Assembly: GCA_016935665.1 (NCBI GenBank)
Contig: JAFGQN010000073.1
Coordinates: 21,943-85,942 of the forward strand
DNA from: Deltaproteobacteria bacterium
GTDB taxonomy: Bacteria > Myxococcota_A > Polyangia > JAAYKL01
Direction of reading: 5' to 3'
DNA length: 64,000 nucleotides
Shown here piece by piece: positions 60,108 to 64,000 of this stretch (the stretch's first letter is position 1; every line of letters starts with the position of its first letter). The position numbers were made by a program, and so were the translations under genes. The notes beneath the pieces were generated by a model. That model was given only the letters and a program-made list of their open reading frames with translations, ran no database searches and was not told the origin of the DNA.

Positions 60108-61280
60108 ATGCGTCACACAACACACTTGTCTATTATCGTTTTCGTTCTCATGTTCACTGGATCTGCAGTCGCTTATTCACAGGCAGCTGAAAACGGCAAC
60201 GATTTAAACAGCGCTGTAAGCACCGGTGCGCCACAAATAGTGTCTTCACCAAACCTTGCCGGATATGATGGCGGAGTTCATGTCACTGACAAAAATTCCC
60301 GATTTCATCTGCTCATTAATGGCATGGTAAAAACACGATTTGACCTTTCTGGCGATGAAATGGTTCAGAAGCCAGAGGGGATGGCATCCGATGTGACGCG
60401 CACCTTTCACTCCTCGTTCAACGTGCCGTTTGCACGGCTAATGTTTTCGGGGCACGTCTTCAGCAACAAACTCAAATACACACTTTTTTACGACTTCTCT
60501 AAAAACAAACTGATTTATGCTTTTTGGGCGTGGCACTTCATTCCGAAAAAACTGGTGCTCAAGGCGGGTAGGTTCAAAAGGCCTTTTGCACGCGCGTTTC
60601 TAGCGTCGTCGGTGCGGCGACAGTTCATCGACACCCCGCTGGGAATGCTTGGGCATGGCATTGACGTGGGGATTGAACTTGGCAACTGCTATTCCAACGT
60701 AAACGGTTTCGAATGGGCCATTGGTGTTTTCAATGGCAGCCCTGGAACATCGGGAGATTTATCGCCCAACATCACCGCCCGGCTGGGATACAACAACGGC
60801 ATTAAAGGATACGAGGAAACGGACTTCAATGGGGGCGGTTTCAGATACGGCTTTGGTATTAGTGGGTCGACGGAGTTTGATCATGACAACAACAACGCCA
60901 CAGTTCATTATGCCGGCGCCGATGTCATCGTCAAAGCCCATGGGTTCAGTGCAAATGGCGCAGTGTATCTCGGCGGCAGCGCAATGGATACTATTTTTGA
61001 TGAATCGAGAATGAGGCATGTGGGAGGCCATATCCAGGCAGGAATTGTCATTGGCCACCTGGTGGAGCCAATCGTGCGATACGGTTTTACCCATGAGCGT
61101 CATGTAAAAGACGATGTGCAACATGCGTTTACCGGCGGCGTGACGTTGCATTTTATCCCCAACCATCATCTCAAATGGGAAAACAATTTCACCATACACA
61201 ATACACCGCTGCCAGACAGCGCCCCTCAGAATGCGCTGGTTGATATGCTGTTCGTCAGTCAGCTGCAGCTGTTTTTTTAA
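60108..61280 (+). CDS. Anion-selective (OprO/P-like) porin
   Basis: Signal peptide; F....ARL.FSGH, LKAGRFKRPF, GVFNG, C-terminal SQLQLFF. Confidence 0.75.
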   Translation: MRHTTHLSIIVFVLMFTGSAVAYSQAAENGNDLNSAVSTGAPQIVSSPNLAGYDGGVHVTDKNSRFHLLINGMVKTRFDLSGDEMVQKPEGMASDVTRTFHSSFNVPFARLMFSGHVFSNKLKYTLFYDFSKNKLIYAFWAWHFIPKKLVLKAGRFKRPFARAFLASSVRRQFIDTPLGMLGHGIDVGIELGNCYSNVNGFEWAIGVFNGSPGTSGDLSPNITARLGYNNGIKGYEETDFNGGGFRYGFGISGSTEFDHDNNNATVHYAGADVIVKAHGFSANGAVYLGGSAMDTIFDESRMRHVGGHIQAGIVIGHLVEPIVRYGFTHERHVKDDVQHAFTGGVTLHFIPNHHLKWENNFTIHNTPLPDSAPQNALVDMLFVSQLQLFF

Positions 61281-61316
61281 AAACACCACGTCTCACGTGG
61301 CACAAATGGGAGGAAG

Positions 61317-62087
61317 GTGACTGATATGCGAATGTCCCTTGTAAAAAAATTGATTGCAAGCATGCAAAACCCGGACGCAATAGTCGAGGAACTTTGGGTG
61401 TTTCGTCACTGGGTGGTCGCTAAAACGTCAGTGGTCAGCATCCCTGATGCGGGTCCCGAAGGTCTCTGCTGCGGACGCAGTGATTTGTCAGACTGGCTGC
61501 ATAAACCAGTCCGCGAGGTGGTACCGGCGGGTATGACGTCACGGGATGCAGTGAGACGCGCCGCTGCAATGGCATGCCTGAACGGCTGTATTCGGCCAGC
61601 CAAAAGCATGTATGAAGGCAACTCAATTATACCGTTTGCCCAGATGGTGCGCAACGTGCCCACCTGCTTCATCGGACATTTTCAGGAAGCAGAACGATGG
61701 CGCAGCCTGGGATATCCGGTTACCATTGTTGAGCTGTTACCCCGCAAAGGAGATGTTCACTGGCTGGACGCAGATGAACAGCTGGCGCAGTGTCGCATAG
61801 TGTTTATCACCGGGCTGACATTGTTGAATGATACTTTCGAGCAGGTGATTGGCCGTACTCCCAACGCCAGAATCCGTGTTTTACTGGGGCCCACGGTACC
61901 CCCAACCGCGGCGTTACTGGAATGCGGCGTGCATGTAGTGGGCGGCACGAAAGTGGTTCATTTTGAGAAGTTACTGAAATATTTTCAATATGGCGGAACG
62001 AGTATAAAAAATGTGCCTGCCGGCGTTATTGAACGATTCAACATTGTACATCCCGGTTTGCAACTGAAAATGCAAAATGTAGCCTGA
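61317..62087 (+). CDS. DUF364 / Rossmann-like domain protein, copy 2
   Basis: Clear paralog of 53063-53833 (VFRHWVVA, RAAAMACLN, CFIGHF, TGLTLLN, GPTVP, GGTS.K). Confidence 0.8.
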   Translation: MTDMRMSLVKKLIASMQNPDAIVEELWVFRHWVVAKTSVVSIPDAGPEGLCCGRSDLSDWLHKPVREVVPAGMTSRDAVRRAAAMACLNGCIRPAKSMYEGNSIIPFAQMVRNVPTCFIGHFQEAERWRSLGYPVTIVELLPRKGDVHWLDADEQLAQCRIVFITGLTLLNDTFEQVIGRTPNARIRVLLGPTVPPTAALLECGVHVVGGTKVVHFEKLLKYFQYGGTSIKNVPAGVIERFNIVHPGLQLKMQNVA

Positions 62088-62158
62088 AAAGCGTTTTGAA
62101 TCAGTAACGCGCAGGCCCCGGGAATATAAGCGTCGACAAACATTGAAGCGTTGTCGAA

Positions 62159-64000
62159 TCAGGTTGCTGCATTGTTTTGGCTGGATAAAAGGGTTTCCAG
62201 TACACTCGCAAATGGAATATGAGCGCAGATGTTGAAAAGAGGATTCCCTCGCAGGGTTTTCTTCGCAAAAACCGCTGGTGAATTCAATCCGCACAGGAAA
62301 CGGGCTTGCTGACGCGGCCTGCCGAGGGCTTTGGGATAACGAACGGAAAGAGCCCTTATGCGTTGAAGGATGTCGGCACTGATCTCATGGGCTGGACGCC
62401 TGTTTAAAATGACTGCTGTATCCCCCATGCAAATGCCGCAATGTCCACACGGTTCAATCTCCTCTCCAAACCAGGCAAGCAGACGACGGGTCAGACAGCT
62501 GGTTTCTTCAGCATAATTTATCATGTCGCTAATGCGGTCAATCTCAAGCTGCTCATGTTCATAAAACAGTTTCTCAAGATCTGTATACAGTTTGACGCGA
62601 TCAATGTCTTTCTTAACGCGTTTAAATTTTTGGCGGTAACCGGACAGCTGTAACGTGATGAGTTGTTTTTCCTGCAGGCTCTCCATTGCGCGGAGAATGA
62701 CATCACGATCAAATCCGGTTTTCTCCTTTGCCCCGACAATATCCAGCGTAATCCATTTGCGGGCTTTGTGGCAGCAGGCGAATATTTTTCTTAAAAATGC
62801 CCCCTGACTGGGAGTATATTGGTCCAGGATTTTGGCGCTCGTTTGATGCGGCTCAAAACGAATGTCGCTGTAATAGTAGCCGTCAAACTGAATTATTCCC
62901 ATTAACTCCATGTGCGTCAACAGAGTACTGACAACGAGCTGACGGATGTCGTGATCCCGTGCGAGCTCCCGGGCCGTTATATCAATATCGTCGCCTGCGT
63001 CCAGCAGGGTATTGACCACACCGGTAATGCCAGACGCATCGGGAGTATCTCCGTAAACAAAATTTTCAAGAGTAGTACAATCATCGGCACATGCAAAAAG
63101 TTCACAAATCGAGGGCGCGCCATCGCGACCCGCACGACCGGTTTCCTGCAGATAACTTTCAAACCCTTTTGCCAGATGGTAGTGATACACATAACGGATG
63201 TCCGCTTTGTCCACGCCCATACCAAACGCGATGGTGGCGCAAATGATTGGGATTCGCCCTGCCATAAACGCTTCCTGGGTTGCAACGCGCACCTCGGTTT
63301 TCAGGCCGGCATGATAGGGCGCTGCATTGAAACCGTTGTCGCAAAGCAGGCCGGCAATATACTCGGCGTCTTTTTGGAGGTGTACATAGACGATTGCCGA
63401 GCCTGCCGGGCGTTCATTCATTCGTTGCAACAGGAGTTGTTCCCGCGCATCCCCTTTGCATGCGGTCACACGGAATTCGAGATTTGGCCGATAGAACCCG
63501 GTATTGACAATATCGCGTTTGTGGATGTTGAAAGCGGCCGCCATATCGTCTGCAACTTTTGGTGTTGCCGTCGCCGTCAGTGCCAGCACCCGTTCAACCT
63601 TTAGTGATTTGACTGCCTGTGGCAGCTTAAGATAATCCGGCCTGAAATTGTGCCCCCATGCAGAAATACAGTGCGCTTCATCGACTGCCAGAAGACTTAT
63701 CTTCTGCCCCCTGATCAGGTTCAAAAAACGCTCATTGGTTAAACGCTCGGGGGAGACAAAGAGCATCTTTAAATCTCCCTGGCGAACAGCATTGGAAACC
63801 TGACGGTACTGATCTTCGCTAAGACTTGAATCCAATCGCTCAGCTTTAATATTCTTTGATTTGAGGCTGTCAATCTGATCCTTCATCAACGCCAGCAGCG
63901 GTGAAATCACCACTGTCAGTCCGGGAAGCATGAGTGCTGTAAGCTGGTAGCACAGGCTCTTGCCCGACCCCGTGGGAAATATGGCCGCAGCATTGCGCCC
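62159..64000 (-). CDS. recQ: RecQ-family ATP-dependent DNA helicase; 5' end outside the window
   Basis: Frame is open to base 64000: [52 protein letters not shown]-terminal CGHCGIC. Confidence 0.93.
   Translation of the reverse strand, partial: GRNAAAIFPTGSGKSLCYQLTALMLPGLTVVISPLLALMKDQIDSLKSKNIKAERLDSSLSEDQYRQVSNAVRQGDLKMLFVSPERLTNERFLNLIRGQKISLLAVDEAHCISAWGHNFRPDYLKLPQAVKSLKVERVLALTATATPKVADDMAAAFNIHKRDIVNTGFYRPNLEFRVTACKGDAREQLLLQRMNERPAGSAIVYVHLQKDAEYIAGLLCDNGFNAAPYHAGLKTEVRVATQEAFMAGRIPIICATIAFGMGVDKADIRYVYHYHLAKGFESYLQETGRAGRDGAPSICELFACADDCTTLENFVYGDTPDASGITGVVNTLLDAGDDIDITARELARDHDIRQLVVSTLLTHMELMGIIQFDGYYYSDIRFEPHQTSAKILDQYTPSQGAFLRKIFACCHKARKWITLDIVGAKEKTGFDRDVILRAMESLQEKQLITLQLSGYRQKFKRVKKDIDRVKLYTDLEKLFYEHEQLEIDRISDMINYAEETSCLTRRLLAWFGEEIEPCGHCGICMGDTAVILNRRPAHEISADILQRIRALSVRYPKALGRPRQQARFLCGLNSPAVFAKKTLRGNPLFNICAHIPFASVLETLLSSQNNAAT

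Overview
Chromosomal window from a probable Myxococcota/deltaproteobacterial genome. This is inferred from a Tgl-like pilotin, a Ser/Thr kinase-REC fusion, a fibro-slime protein and Cys-rich or DTD-repeat lipoproteins. The left two thirds is mostly housekeeping (glk, glmU, pgsA, yigZ, tRNA-Gly, phoH, folD, mgtE, recO), mixed with secreted or surface proteins. Two regions stand out. (1) 1580-5089: an AT-rich two-gene cassette between glk and a UDPGP-family gene. It encodes a ~1030-aa TIR + MoaA-like radical SAM (atypical Cx5Cx2C) + helical/TPR-like fusion with a duplicated 85-aa tail, followed by a VOC metalloenzyme. It is a candidate undescribed nucleotide-chemistry defence system. (2) 48.7-62.1 kb: a molybdenum island with a TOBE-less ModE, a TonB-dependent receptor-DUF364-XdhC-MolBCA-like operon, modC, modAB, and a porin-DUF364 pair. 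Four promoters there each have a sigma54-type -24/-12 element overlapped by a CGTTAT-N11-ATAACG palindrome, and there are five copies of the palindrome in total. This suggests Mo-regulated uptake or salvage of a Mo complex or Moco. All product calls come from motif recognition by eye; no database searches were run.
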